The position numbers and the translations under genes were made by a program. DNA of 64,000 bases from Candidatus Omnitrophota bacterium (GTDB taxonomy: Bacteria > Omnitrophota > Gorgyraeia > 1-14-0-20-64-10). The notes beneath the pieces were generated by a model, which saw only the letters and a program-made list of their open reading frames with translations, did not search any database and was not told where the DNA came from. Of this stretch, positions 30,740-39,910 are shown piece after piece (position 1 is the first letter of the stretch; every line of letters starts with the position of its first letter). The DNA is taken from assembly GCA_016177405.1 (NCBI GenBank), contig JACOVG010000003.1, forward strand, positions 32,050 to 96,049, written 5' to 3'.

Positions 30740-31244
30740 GCAGTTGGCTGCGCCCCATCGTTCCTTAAGCGTCTTGCACTTGGCCATCGACGGAGCTTCC
30801 CGGGGCAATCCAGGCCCCTCGGGGGTGGGCGTTGTGGTGACCGATTCCCAGGGGCGGCCGGTCAAGAAGATCTCCCTTTATTTGGGTTTGGCCACCAACA
30901 ATGTGGCCGAATCGGTGGCCTTGATTGTGGCCCTTCAGGAAGCCCTCCAGCGCGGCGCCCGTCAGGTCGAGGTGAGAACCGACAGCCAGCTTTTGAGCCG
31001 GCAGGTCCTGGGCGATTACCGGGTCAAGGATCAGGTCCTTGGTTGGCTGCACGTCATCATCCGGAATCTGATCGGGGGTTTCCAAGGGTTCAACATCCTG
31101 CATGTTCCCAGAACCCAGAACCGCCTGGCCGACCGGCTGGCGGGCCAAGCCATTACCGAAGCCATCCGGCAGGGAACCGCGCCCAAGAAGAGAGCGGCCC
31201 CGCCCGCCGCCGGCTCGCTGCTTCAGTCCACCTTCTGGGCCTAA
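30720..31244 (+). CDS. rnhA: Ribonuclease HI
   Basis: LAIDGASRGNPGPSGVGVVV (compare E. coli TDGSCLGNPGPGGYG), TNNVAESVALIVAL, VEVRTDSQLL catalytic DEDD motifs. Confidence 0.85.
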   Translation: MSPRPPKQLAAPHRSLSVLHLAIDGASRGNPGPSGVGVVVTDSQGRPVKKISLYLGLATNNVAESVALIVALQEALQRGARQVEVRTDSQLLSRQVLGDYRVKDQVLGWLHVIIRNLIGGFQGFNILHVPRTQNRLADRLAGQAITEAIRQGTAPKKRAAPPAAGSLLQSTFWA

Positions 31245-31263
31245 AAGCGATATAATCATTATG

Positions 31264-31625
31264 GGAAGAGCAGGCCGGATGGTCGCCCGCCAACGTTCTT
31301 TGGCGGGAGGAAAGTCCGGACTCCCAAGGGCAGCGGAGTGGGTAACACCCATCCCCCGCGAGGGGAGGATCAGAGCCACAGAGACGAGTCTCCGCCAGAG
31401 ATCTTTGGCGGAGGGTGAAACGGGCAATCTCTCCGCGGAGCAAGACCAAGCAGACCTTGCCGATCAGCGGCCCGCTGGATGGAGCGTAAATTCACTCCGG
31501 GCAGGGCGGGTAGGTCGCACAGATTCTCCGCCGCAAGGCGGGGAACCAGAGGAATGACCATCTCCCCGCCAATGTACTTTGGCGGGGAACAGAATCCGGC
31601 TTATAGGCCTGTCTCTTCCCAACCG
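31264..31625 (+). ncRNA. rnpB: RNase P RNA, bacterial type A
   Basis: GGAAAGTCCGGACTCC, AGGGCAGCGGAGTGGGTAACACCCATCC, AGGGTGAAACGGG, AGCAAGACCAAGCAG, ACAGAATCCGGCTTATAGGCC universal motifs; P1 formed by GGGAAGAGCAGGCC (31263..31276) and GGCCTGTCTCTTCCC (31606..31620); perfect TATAAT at 31251..31256. Confidence 0.85.
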
Positions 31626-31681
31626 CAATCTTGGATTCGCCGCTTGACGCGGATCAAAAGGCTCTGGTAAGCTAGCCCAAG

Positions 31682-32188
31682 ATGAAAAAATTTACTGGCC
31701 TGGCGGGGATCGTCTGCCTCGCCTTCTTGTTATCGGGTTGCGCGTCGATGACGACGTACGCCAAGCCCGACGCCCCCTGGGCCTCCATCCGCCGGATCGG
31801 GGTGCTCACCTTTTCCACGCCGTCAGAAAATCCGGTGCATCGAACGGTGGTGACCCAGCTCTTCACCCAGGAGCTCCGGCGCCAGCTCTTTGGTGATGTG
31901 GTTGAGATCCCGCTCACGCCTGCCGAAACCCTGACCTTCAAATCCCTGGCGAGCCTTTATCAGGTGGACGCGGTCTTCGCGGGGTCCGTGGACGAGTCGG
32001 AGACCGCGACGGTCCACGTCCGCCTGGTCGATTGCGCCACAGAGGAGCTGCTTTGGTCGTCGGCCTATCTGGTGGGCCGGGGTGCCGAGGCCTTTCCGTT
32101 TCGAACGGTCCATCAGCAATTCCACCGGGCCTTTCGAAAGATGATCCGCGACTTCGCCCTTCGGCGCGGTTTCATCCCGTCCTCGTAA
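31682..32188 (+). CDS. Hypothetical lipoprotein (168 aa)
   Basis: Signal peptide and lipobox LLSGC; no family recognised. Confidence 0.6.
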   Translation: MKKFTGLAGIVCLAFLLSGCASMTTYAKPDAPWASIRRIGVLTFSTPSENPVHRTVVTQLFTQELRRQLFGDVVEIPLTPAETLTFKSLASLYQVDAVFAGSVDESETATVHVRLVDCATEELLWSSAYLVGRGAEAFPFRTVHQQFHRAFRKMIRDFALRRGFIPSS

Positions 32189-32242
32189 AGTTCTGAAGTT
32201 TTCCCGCTGCTGATCTTCTGAAGCTTCGCTCTTCTCCAAATA

Positions 32243-32260
32243 CCCCAGTCCTGGGGTTTT
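32243..32260 (+). terminator. Weak intrinsic terminator after the lipoprotein gene
   Basis: CCCCA-gtcc-TGGGG followed by TTTT. The stem is only 5 bp. Confidence 0.35.
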
Positions 32261-32312
32261 CACCTGCTGTATCCACCAGCCCTTGCCCATGAAAAATTTC
32301 CCATTTTTCCCC

Positions 32313-32341
32313 TTGACAAGAATTGATGAAGTGGGTACACT
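32313..32341 (+). promoter_or_regulatory. Candidate sigma-70 promoter of the dcw cluster (mraZ promoter)
   Basis: TTGACA (32313..32318), 17-nt spacer, TACACT (32336..32341). Confidence 0.5.
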
Positions 32342-32348
32342 TGCATCT

Positions 32349-32373
32349 GTGTGGAAGAAAGTGGAGGGAAGTG
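32349..32373 (+). promoter_or_regulatory. Three direct GTGGA repeats at exact 10-bp spacing; candidate MraZ operator
   Basis: GTGGA at 32349, 32359 and 32369, plus GTGGG at 32331 in the spacer, immediately downstream of the -10. MraZ proteins are known to bind triple direct repeats of GTGG(G/T)-like boxes at 10-bp phasing in their own promoters. Confidence 0.5.
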
Positions 32374-32494
32374 GAGAGCTTGGTTGTGGATGCCGTCGGG
32401 TTTGCCTTTATCGGGGAGCCCCCTACGGGGGAGAGGCGATCGAGCGCGGGGGATAGGCCCTTGCGCCAGAAGGCGCATCCACAACCCTCATGAC

Positions 32495-32545
32495 GCGAAG
32501 GGGCGGTCGGCAAGTTAAGCCGGCTGCCCCCTTCGCATTTTTGTG
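32495..32545 (+). terminator. Terminator-like or attenuator hairpin in the mraZ leader
   Basis: GCGAAGGGGC...(21-nt loop with inner hairpin)...GCCCCCTTCGC followed by ATTTTTG, ending about 18 nt before the mraZ start. Confidence 0.45.
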
Positions 32546-32562
32546 GAGAGCATAGCGGTTAA

Positions 32563-33000
32563 ATGTTCTACGGGGAGCACGAGCACACGATCGATCGCAA
32601 GGGCAGGCTCATCATCCCCTCCCGGTTCCGGGAGGTGATGAAGGAGCACTACATCGACCGCTTCGTCGTGACCCGCGGCCTGGACGGCTGCCTTTTTCTC
32701 TTCACGGAAGAGGAGTGGCGCGCCCAGGAGAACCGATTTCGCGGCCTCTCCTTCACCAAGGCCGAGGCGCGCACGTTCAACCGCATTTATTTTTCCGGCG
32801 CTTCGGAGTTGACCTGTGACCGGCAGGGAAGGGTGTTGCTGCCGGAGTACTTGAGGGATTTTGCCGGAATCAAACGGGATGTGATGCTGGTGGGCGTCTC
32901 CAACCGGATTGAGATCTGGGGCAAGGAGGCGTGGCAGAAGTTTTACGGCCAATACCGGGAATCTTACGAGGAGATTGCCGAGAAACTTCTGCCCGAGTAA
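32563..33000 (+). CDS. mraZ: Transcriptional regulator MraZ
   Basis: MFYGEHEHTIDRKGRLIIPSRFRE...DRQGRVLLPEYLR; duplicated SpoVT/AbrB-like halves diagnostic of MraZ. Confidence 0.9.
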   Translation: MFYGEHEHTIDRKGRLIIPSRFREVMKEHYIDRFVVTRGLDGCLFLFTEEEWRAQENRFRGLSFTKAEARTFNRIYFSGASELTCDRQGRVLLPEYLRDFAGIKRDVMLVGVSNRIEIWGKEAWQKFYGQYRESYEEIAEKLLPE

Positions 33001-33004
33001 GCGA

Positions 33005-33892
33005 TTGGATTGGGTTCACGAACCGGTCCTGACCCAAGAGGTCGTGGACGGCTTGAGCCCGGGGCCGAAAGCGGTGGTGTTGGACATGACCGTGGGCTTG
33101 GGCGGTCATGCGGAGGCGCTCTTAAAGCGGATGGGCCCCAGCGGATTCCTGATCGGTGTCGATCGGGACGCGCAGGCTCTGGAAGAAGCGCGTAAAAGGC
33201 TAAAACCTTACGCCGGACAGATGAAACTCTTGAAGGGTTCCTTCGGGCAAGCGGCTTTGCTTCTTGACCAAGCCGGCCAGGAAGCGGTGGACGCCGTCTT
33301 GTTCGATCTGGGTGTTTCCTCCATGCAGCTGGCGAAGGCCGATCGCGGCTTCTCCTTTTTGCGTGAAGGGCCTCTCGACATGCGGATGGACGCGGACCAA
33401 TCCTTGACCGCTTGGGAAATCGTCAACCGGGCCTCGCCCAGAGAACTTGTCGAGATTCTTCAGGCCTTCGGTCAGGAGCGTTGGTGCCACCGGATTTCCA
33501 GGGCCCTCGTCAGGGCCAGGCCCATCACTTCCACCACGGCGCTGGCCGAGGTGATCCGAAGGGCCTACCCGGCCTGGGCCCGGCGGGAGCGGATCGACCC
33601 GGCCACCCGCGCCTTCCAGGCCATCCGGATCGCCGTGAACGATGAGCTGGGGGAGCTGGAGCGGGGGCTTCACGGACTGCTGGACCGGGTCAAGCCGGAC
33701 GGCCGGATCGCGGTCATCGCTTATCACTCCCTGGAGGACCGCCGGGTCAAAGAGACCTTCCGGACCTGGGCCCGGGAGGCGAGGGTGGAGCTCGCGACCC
33801 GCAAACCCATCGCCCCTTCCCAGGAGGAGGTCGCCCGAAATCCAAGAAGCCGTTCGGCCCGCCTGCGGATCGCCCGGAGGATAGCGGGATGA
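33005..33892 (+). CDS. rsmH: 16S rRNA (cytosine1402-N4)-methyltransferase RsmH (MraW)
   Basis: HEPVLTQEVVDGLSP...VLDMTVGLGGHAEALL...FDLGVSSMQL motifs. TTG at 33005 is the first possible start after the mraZ stop; the track ORF 32909 overlaps mraZ. Confidence 0.9.
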   Translation: MDWVHEPVLTQEVVDGLSPGPKAVVLDMTVGLGGHAEALLKRMGPSGFLIGVDRDAQALEEARKRLKPYAGQMKLLKGSFGQAALLLDQAGQEAVDAVLFDLGVSSMQLAKADRGFSFLREGPLDMRMDADQSLTAWEIVNRASPRELVEILQAFGQERWCHRISRALVRARPITSTTALAEVIRRAYPAWARRERIDPATRAFQAIRIAVNDELGELERGLHGLLDRVKPDGRIAVIAYHSLEDRRVKETFRTWAREARVELATRKPIAPSQEEVARNPRSRSARLRIARRIAG

Positions 33893-34275
33893 AGAGGTTT
33901 GCCGCGACGCTTTCCTTGCTGACCGTCTTGGCCTTGTTCCACGTTCAAATGGGTGTGGGCCTGATCGCCCTGGGTTACCGGGTGGAGGCCCTCCATCGGC
34001 AACGGGAGCAGCTCCTTGACCTTCACCGGGTGCTCCAATACAATGTTTTAACGCTGCGCTCGCCCGCCATCATCAGCGGGCGGCTGAAAAGGCAAGCCAT
34101 TGAGCTGGTGGCGCCTCAAGAGGTGGAGGTTCTGCAGCGCCAAGAAACGAAGGTCCCGTCTTTATCCCAAGCGGTTTCTTTAAGAGGCGCAGCTCCCTCC
34201 AAGTGGGGCAGGTGGTTTGAGAACGTTTATCGTTTCGCCGCGTCTTTGTTGGAGGCAAGATTTAGGTTAGACTAG
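33889..34275 (+). CDS. ftsL: Cell division protein FtsL
   Basis: 128 aa, single N-terminal TM helix then a coiled-coil; position between rsmH and ftsI. Confidence 0.7.
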   Translation: MKRFAATLSLLTVLALFHVQMGVGLIALGYRVEALHRQREQLLDLHRVLQYNVLTLRSPAIISGRLKRQAIELVAPQEVEVLQRQETKVPSLSQAVSLRGAAPSKWGRWFENVYRFAASLLEARFRLD

Positions 34276-34276
34276 C

Positions 34277-35980
34277 GTGCTGACCGCGACACAAAAGAAC
34301 CGTGTCGCGCTGACCATCACGGCCTTGCTCGTGATTGCCCTCGGTGTCGCGGCGCGTCTGTTCTGGCTCCAGATCCTCCATCCCCAGCATTGGGTGACCC
34401 TCGCCCGGCGCCAGCACTGGACCGTTCTTGAGCTGCCGGCCACCCGGGGCCAGATCCTCGACCGGCACGAGAGGACTTTGGCCACCTCCATCCGGTTGAC
34501 CTCGGTCTTTGCCGACCCCCGCCACGTGAAGAACCCCCTGCTGACGGCGAGAAAGCTTTCCCCCCTTCTGTCGGTGCCGGTGGACCGTTTGATGACCAAG
34601 CTCTCCCAAAAGAACCGGGGCTTCGTGTGGCTGGCCCGGCGGATACCCAACCAGGCCGCCGCCCAAATTCGAAGCCTCAAACTCCAGGGCGTGGAGGTGA
34701 TGAAGGAGTCGCAGCGGGTTTACCCCCAAGGATATCTGGCCAGCCACCTGTTGGGCTTCGCGGGCCTGGATTCCAAGGGTCTGGAGGGTTTGGAGCTGGC
34801 CTTTGACAAGGTTCTCCAGGGTCAAGCGGGATGGCGGTGGCTCTCCCGAGATGCTCGGCGCAGACCGCTCATGACCTGGGGGGCCGCGGAGGTTGCCCCC
34901 CGCGACGGGCTGGAGCTTGTCCTCACCCTCGACACCACCCTTCAATTTGTGGCCGAGCAGGCGCTGGAGAAGGCCTTCCGAAAGTCCCGGGCCCAAGGGG
35001 GCTCGATTGTCGTGATGAACCCGGCCACGGGGGAGATCCTGGCCCTGGCCAATCGCCCCACCTTTGACCCTAACCAATTCGGCCAGGGGCATCCGGAAAT
35101 CCGGCGCAACCGGGCCATCACCGATACCTTTGAGCCCGGCTCCGTCTTCAAGATCGTCACCGCGGCCGTGGCCCTGGGGAAGGGATTGGTGACTCCCGGG
35201 GATTCCTTTTATTGCGAGCAGGGGGCTTTTCGGGTTTCCGGGGGACATGTCCTGCACGATTACCACCCTTACGGCAGGCTCACCTTTCGGGAGGTGATCA
35301 CGCACTCCAGCAACATAGGAACCGTCAAGGTCGCGATGAAGATAGGTCCTCAAGCCCTGTACGATGGGATTCGGGCCTTCGGTTTCGGGGTGCCGACAGG
35401 AATAGAGCTTCCCGGAGAGGTGGGAGGCACCGCCCGGCCGCCCAGCCAATGGTCCAAGCTGTCGATCACGGCCATCCCGATGGGGCAGGAGGTCACGGTG
35501 ACGGCGCTGCAGCTGGCCCAGGGGATGAGCGTTCTGGCCAACGGCGGGTATCTGGTGAAGCCCTGGCTGGTGAAGGAGATCCGGCATCCCGATGGAACGG
35601 CGGTCAAGAGGTTTCAGCCGACGCCGGTTCGGAAGGTCCTGGAAGAGAAGGTGGCCCACACCTTGAAGGAGATCTTGGCCGGCGTCGTGGAGGAAGGGAC
35701 CGGGAAGATGGCCCAGGTGGCCGGGATTCGAACGGCCGGCAAGACCGGGACGGCCCAAAAGGTGGATCCCAACGGCACCTATTCCCAGAGCCGTTACGTC
35801 GCCTCCTTCGTCGGTTTCGCCCCCGTGGAGGATCCGAAGCTGGTGATCGCGGTGATCTTGGATGAGCCCCAGCCGATCCATTTCGGAGGCGTGGTTTCGG
35901 CGCCGGTTTTCCGGGAGGTGGTTGGACAGAGCTTGGGTTATCTCGAGGAAGAGAATCTTCAGCTGGCTTCCCGCCCATGA
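34277..35980 (+). CDS. ftsI: Peptidoglycan D,D-transpeptidase FtsI (PBP3 class)
   Basis: GTG start; TM anchor; transpeptidase SxxK (SVFK), SSN (SSNIG), KTG (KTGTA) motifs. Confidence 0.9.
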   Translation: MLTATQKNRVALTITALLVIALGVAARLFWLQILHPQHWVTLARRQHWTVLELPATRGQILDRHERTLATSIRLTSVFADPRHVKNPLLTARKLSPLLSVPVDRLMTKLSQKNRGFVWLARRIPNQAAAQIRSLKLQGVEVMKESQRVYPQGYLASHLLGFAGLDSKGLEGLELAFDKVLQGQAGWRWLSRDARRRPLMTWGAAEVAPRDGLELVLTLDTTLQFVAEQALEKAFRKSRAQGGSIVVMNPATGEILALANRPTFDPNQFGQGHPEIRRNRAITDTFEPGSVFKIVTAAVALGKGLVTPGDSFYCEQGAFRVSGGHVLHDYHPYGRLTFREVITHSSNIGTVKVAMKIGPQALYDGIRAFGFGVPTGIELPGEVGGTARPPSQWSKLSITAIPMGQEVTVTALQLAQGMSVLANGGYLVKPWLVKEIRHPDGTAVKRFQPTPVRKVLEEKVAHTLKEILAGVVEEGTGKMAQVAGIRTAGKTGTAQKVDPNGTYSQSRYVASFVGFAPVEDPKLVIAVILDEPQPIHFGGVVSAPVFREVVGQSLGYLEEENLQLASRP

Positions 35981-37473
35981 GCGGACCGGCGGCGGCCCGT
36001 TGGTTCCTGCCTGACCTGCTGAAGGCCGCCTCGGCCGCCCCCGCCGGCGTTTCCATCCCGGAGCTTCCCGTTCAAGACTTGACCGACGATTCGCGCGAGG
36101 TCGGCCCCGGAGCCCTTTTTGTCGCCGTCCGCGGACCCGTGGAGGATGGGCATCGTTTTGTGGGGCAGGCCGCGGCCCGGGGCGCCGCGGCGGTCCTGGT
36201 GGAAGAGGAGCAGGGGGTTCCCGCCGGCGTTGTTCAGATCCGGGTGGACTCCACCCGAAAGCTCCTGGGACCCTTGGCGCAAGCCTTCTGGGGAGATCCA
36301 AGCAAAAGGCTGCGCCTGGTGGGGGTGACCGGGACGAACGGCAAGTCGACGGTGACGGCGCTGATTCGGCATCTGCTTGAATCGGCGGGGTATCCCTGCG
36401 GGTTGATCGGGACCGTCTCTTACCGCGCGGGGGGTAGGCAATACCCCTCCGGGAACACGACCCCGGGCGCCGTCCGGCTGGGCGAGCTGCTTTCCGAGAT
36501 GGTCAAGGCCAAGCAGGTGGCCGCCGCTCTGGAGGTTTCTTCCCATGCCTTGGAACAGGGACGGACCGACGGGATCCGCTGGACCTGCGGGGTTTTCACC
36601 AACTTGAACCCCGAGCACTTGGATTATCACCGGACGCTCGCGGCTTATCGAAAGGTGAAGCTCAAGCTTTTTGAGGCTCTGCCGGCCGGAGCCTCGGCGG
36701 TGATCAACGCGGACGATCCATCCTCCCGGGCCTTTGGCCAGGCCACGAAGGCTTCGGTTTTGACCTTCGGGTTAAACCAGCGGGCGGACTTCATGGCCCT
36801 GAAATGGACCGTTTCTTGGGAGGGGACCGCCTGCGAGCTGAAAACGCCCGAAGGGGAATTCTCTCTTCAGACCCCCTTGGCCGGCCGGCACAACGTGGAA
36901 AACCTTCTGGCCGCGCTGGCCGCCGTGACCAGCCTCAAGATTCCGCTGTCGGAGATCCTGCCGGCCGTCCGGACCTTCACCGGTGTTCCCGGCAGGCTCG
37001 AGCGGGTGGATTCCGGGGAGGGCCTGCCGGTTTGGGTGGATTATGCCCACACCGAGGTTGCCCTGCGATCGGTTCTGACGGCCCTGAAGGAGATGACCCG
37101 CCGGAAGATCCTGGTGGTTTTTGGATGCGGGGGAGACCGGGACCGGAGCAAACGTCCCCGCATGGGGGAGGTTGCCGCCGCGCTCGCCGATCGGGTGATC
37201 GTGACCTCCGATAACCCTCGCTCCGAAGATCCCGGCGCCATCGCCCAGGAGATCGCGGAGGGTTTAAAAGCAGGGCCTGCCCCCTTTGAGGTCGTTCTGG
37301 ACCGGAGGGAGGCGATCCGCTTGGCCCTGACGGCCGTCGAAGAGGAGTGGGTGGTGCTCATCGCCGGGAAAGGGCACGAAAGAGAACAGCTGGTTGGGCC
37401 AAGAAGGATTCCCTTTGACGATCGGGAAGTGGTTCGGCAGTTGTTGGGCTTGAAGACAGCAGCCGCGCGATGA
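35977..37473 (+). CDS. murE: UDP-N-acetylmuramoyl-L-alanyl-D-glutamate--2,6-diaminopimelate ligase
   Basis: P-loop GVTGTNGKSTV; DNPR motif (SDNPRSEDP) indicating meso-DAP specificity. Confidence 0.95.
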   Translation: MSGPAAARWFLPDLLKAASAAPAGVSIPELPVQDLTDDSREVGPGALFVAVRGPVEDGHRFVGQAAARGAAAVLVEEEQGVPAGVVQIRVDSTRKLLGPLAQAFWGDPSKRLRLVGVTGTNGKSTVTALIRHLLESAGYPCGLIGTVSYRAGGRQYPSGNTTPGAVRLGELLSEMVKAKQVAAALEVSSHALEQGRTDGIRWTCGVFTNLNPEHLDYHRTLAAYRKVKLKLFEALPAGASAVINADDPSSRAFGQATKASVLTFGLNQRADFMALKWTVSWEGTACELKTPEGEFSLQTPLAGRHNVENLLAALAAVTSLKIPLSEILPAVRTFTGVPGRLERVDSGEGLPVWVDYAHTEVALRSVLTALKEMTRRKILVVFGCGGDRDRSKRPRMGEVAAALADRVIVTSDNPRSEDPGAIAQEIAEGLKAGPAPFEVVLDRREAIRLALTAVEEEWVVLIAGKGHEREQLVGPRRIPFDDREVVRQLLGLKTAAAR

Positions 37474-38846
37474 ACGAAGCGCTCACCTTCACCGCCCGCG
37501 AGATCCTCTCGGCCGCCGGGGCCAAACCGGAGGGTCTATCGGGACCGGACGTCCGGGGGATCTCCATTGACACGAGGACCATCAAGCCCGGAGAGCTTTT
37601 CGTGGCCATCCGCGGCAAGCGTTTTGACGGGCATGATTTCATTCCGGAAGCCTTTCAAAGAGGGGCGGCGGCCGCCTTGGTGGACGGCCGGGAGATCCGG
37701 GCGCCAGGATGCCTCTACCGGGCCGCCGATACGCTGAAGGCCTTGGGGGATCTGGCCCGATTTCACCGGGACCGGTTCAACCTGCCGGTGGCCGCCATCA
37801 CCGGTTCAAGCGGCAAGACCACCACCAAGGAGATGACGCGCCACCTGCTGTCGGCCAAGGCGGAGGTCTTGGCCGCGCCCGGGACCCAGAACAACCAGGT
37901 GGGGGTGCCCCTGACCCTCTTTCGCCTGACCGCGGAACCCTGGGCCGCGGTCTTGGAGCTTGGCACCAACCAATGGGGGGAGATCGGCCGCCTCACCGAA
38001 ATCTCCCGTCCCACGGTGGGGGTTTGTCTCAACATCGGGAGGGCTCACCTCAAGACCTTCGGCGACCTGGCGGGGGTTCTTCGAGCCAAGGGTGAACTTT
38101 GGGAAAAGCTGGATTCCGGCGCCGGTTTGGTCCTGAACGCCGACGATCCTCTCTTGTGGGAGACCGGGCGCCGGTTGAACCGGAGGATCCTCTGGTTCGG
38201 CTGCCGGCCGGAGGCCGATGTCCGGGCCGACCGGATCGCCGAGGAGGGCTGGACCACGCGGGCCAGGATCAACGGAAAGTGGAAGCTGGCCTTGCCCCTG
38301 CCTGGCCGCCACAATCTGATGAACGCCTTGGCCGCCCTGACCTGCGCGCAAGCCCTGGGGATGGATCTTCAGCCTTGCCTGGAGCGCCTCTCGTCGATGG
38401 CACCCATCCCGGGCCGGCTGGCCGCCAGAGAGGTCGAGGGCTGCCTATTTCTTGACGATACCTACAACGCCAACCCCGACTCCTTTCACGCGGCCCTCGA
38501 GGTTTTGAAGGCCATCCCGGCATCCGGCAGGCGGGTGGTGGTCTGCGGCGATATGCTGGAGCAGGGCAAGGCGGCGGCCGGTCTCCACGCCGAGCTGGGC
38601 CGCCGGATCGCCGCCTCGGGGGTCGAGGCCTTGGCGGCGGTGGGGCCCAGGGGCGGCGATCTGGTGGAGGCGGCCCGGCAGGAGGGGTTGCCCCCGGAAA
38701 AGAGCTGGCGCTTTAAGAGCGCCTGGGAAGCGGGCGAGTTTTTGTTGGGATTCTTGAAGGCGGGAGACGTCGTTTTGGTCAAGGGCTCCCGCGGGATGAA
38801 AATGGAAGAGGTTCTGGAATGCTTCTGTACCTCCTTGCCCCGTTAA
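37470..38846 (+). CDS. murF: UDP-N-acetylmuramoyl-tripeptide--D-alanyl-D-alanine ligase
   Basis: AITGSSGKTTTKEM P-loop; Mur ligase middle and C domains. Confidence 0.9.
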   Translation: MNEALTFTAREILSAAGAKPEGLSGPDVRGISIDTRTIKPGELFVAIRGKRFDGHDFIPEAFQRGAAAALVDGREIRAPGCLYRAADTLKALGDLARFHRDRFNLPVAAITGSSGKTTTKEMTRHLLSAKAEVLAAPGTQNNQVGVPLTLFRLTAEPWAAVLELGTNQWGEIGRLTEISRPTVGVCLNIGRAHLKTFGDLAGVLRAKGELWEKLDSGAGLVLNADDPLLWETGRRLNRRILWFGCRPEADVRADRIAEEGWTTRARINGKWKLALPLPGRHNLMNALAALTCAQALGMDLQPCLERLSSMAPIPGRLAAREVEGCLFLDDTYNANPDSFHAALEVLKAIPASGRRVVVCGDMLEQGKAAAGLHAELGRRIAASGVEALAAVGPRGGDLVEAARQEGLPPEKSWRFKSAWEAGEFLLGFLKAGDVVLVKGSRGMKMEEVLECFCTSLPR

Positions 38847-39910
38847 GGGACTGGTGGTTCGGTTTCAACGTTTTTCGATACATCACCTTCCGGATGGCCA
38901 TGGCCAGCCTCACCGCTTTCCTGATCACCCTTTGGGCGGCGCCCCGGGTGATCCGCTGGTTGACCGAGCTTAAGGCGGGCCAGCCGGTCCGGGATGAAAA
39001 GGAGGTGGGCGGGCTGTATCCGCTTCACCGGCACAAGGCCGGGACGCCGACCATGGGAGGGTTGTTGATTCTGCTTTCCCTGGTGGGCTCGACCCTCTTG
39101 TGGGGCGACCTGCTGAACCGGCAGGTCTTGGCGGCCCTGGGGGTGACGGCGGCCTTGGGCGGGCTGGGGTTCTGGGACGATTGGACCAAGCTGCGGCGCT
39201 CCACGAGCCAGGGGGTGAGCGCCAGGACCAAGCTCCTGTGGCAGGCGGTGACCGCCGGGCTGTTGATGGCTGTGGTGCTGACCGATCCGTGGTACTCGAC
39301 CTTTTTGGAGGTGCCCTTTGTGAAGGGGCCGGGGGTTGATCTGGGGGGATGGTACCTCCTCCTTGGATTTCTTGTTCTTTCGGGAAGCTCCAACGCCGTG
39401 AACCTGGCGGACGGCTTGGATGGTCTGGCGATCGGCTGCACCACGATGATCGCGCTTGCCTTCACCGTGATGAGCTACCTGGCGGGGCACAGCGTCCTGG
39501 CCGACTATCTCCTGATCTCCCACGTCCCCGGGACGGGGGAGCTGGCCGTTTTTTGCGCGGCCCTGGTGGGAGCCGGAATGGGTTTCCTCTGGTACAACGC
39601 TCATCCGGCTTGCCTCTTCATGGGGGACACCGGAAGCCTGGCGATCGGAGGGGCCCTGGGAACGGTGGCCCTCCTCATCAAGAAAGAGCTCTTGCTGGTT
39701 ATAGTCGGCGGGATCTTTGTGGCGGAGGCCCTTTCGGTGATCCTCCAGGTGGCCTCCTTTCGAACCACCGGGCGGCGGATCTTCCGGATGGCCCCTCTGC
39801 ACCACCATTTCCAGCTCAAGGGAATCCCGGAGACCCAGGTGACGATCCGGATGTGGATCGTCGCGGCGATCCTGGCGCTCGTTTCTTTAAGCACCCTGAA
39901 GCTGCGATGA
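38819..39910 (+). CDS. mraY: Phospho-N-acetylmuramoyl-pentapeptide transferase
   Basis: 10 TM helices; NAVNLADGLDGLA and FMGDTGSLAIGGALG motifs. Confidence 0.95.
   Translation: MLLYLLAPLRDWWFGFNVFRYITFRMAMASLTAFLITLWAAPRVIRWLTELKAGQPVRDEKEVGGLYPLHRHKAGTPTMGGLLILLSLVGSTLLWGDLLNRQVLAALGVTAALGGLGFWDDWTKLRRSTSQGVSARTKLLWQAVTAGLLMAVVLTDPWYSTFLEVPFVKGPGVDLGGWYLLLGFLVLSGSSNAVNLADGLDGLAIGCTTMIALAFTVMSYLAGHSVLADYLLISHVPGTGELAVFCAALVGAGMGFLWYNAHPACLFMGDTGSLAIGGALGTVALLIKKELLLVIVGGIFVAEALSVILQVASFRTTGRRIFRMAPLHHHFQLKGIPETQVTIRMWIVAAILALVSLSTLKLR

Noticed and set aside
31102-31670. Several 60-150 aa ORFs on both strands between rnhA and the lipoprotein gene
   Set aside because: The region is RNase P RNA (rnpB) with all universal type-A motifs and a P1 helix; the ORFs are incidental.
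34262-36301. 679-aa minus-strand ORF across ftsL/ftsI/murE
   Set aside because: Antisense to three well-supported dcw genes; Pro/Arg/Gly-rich translation with no motifs.
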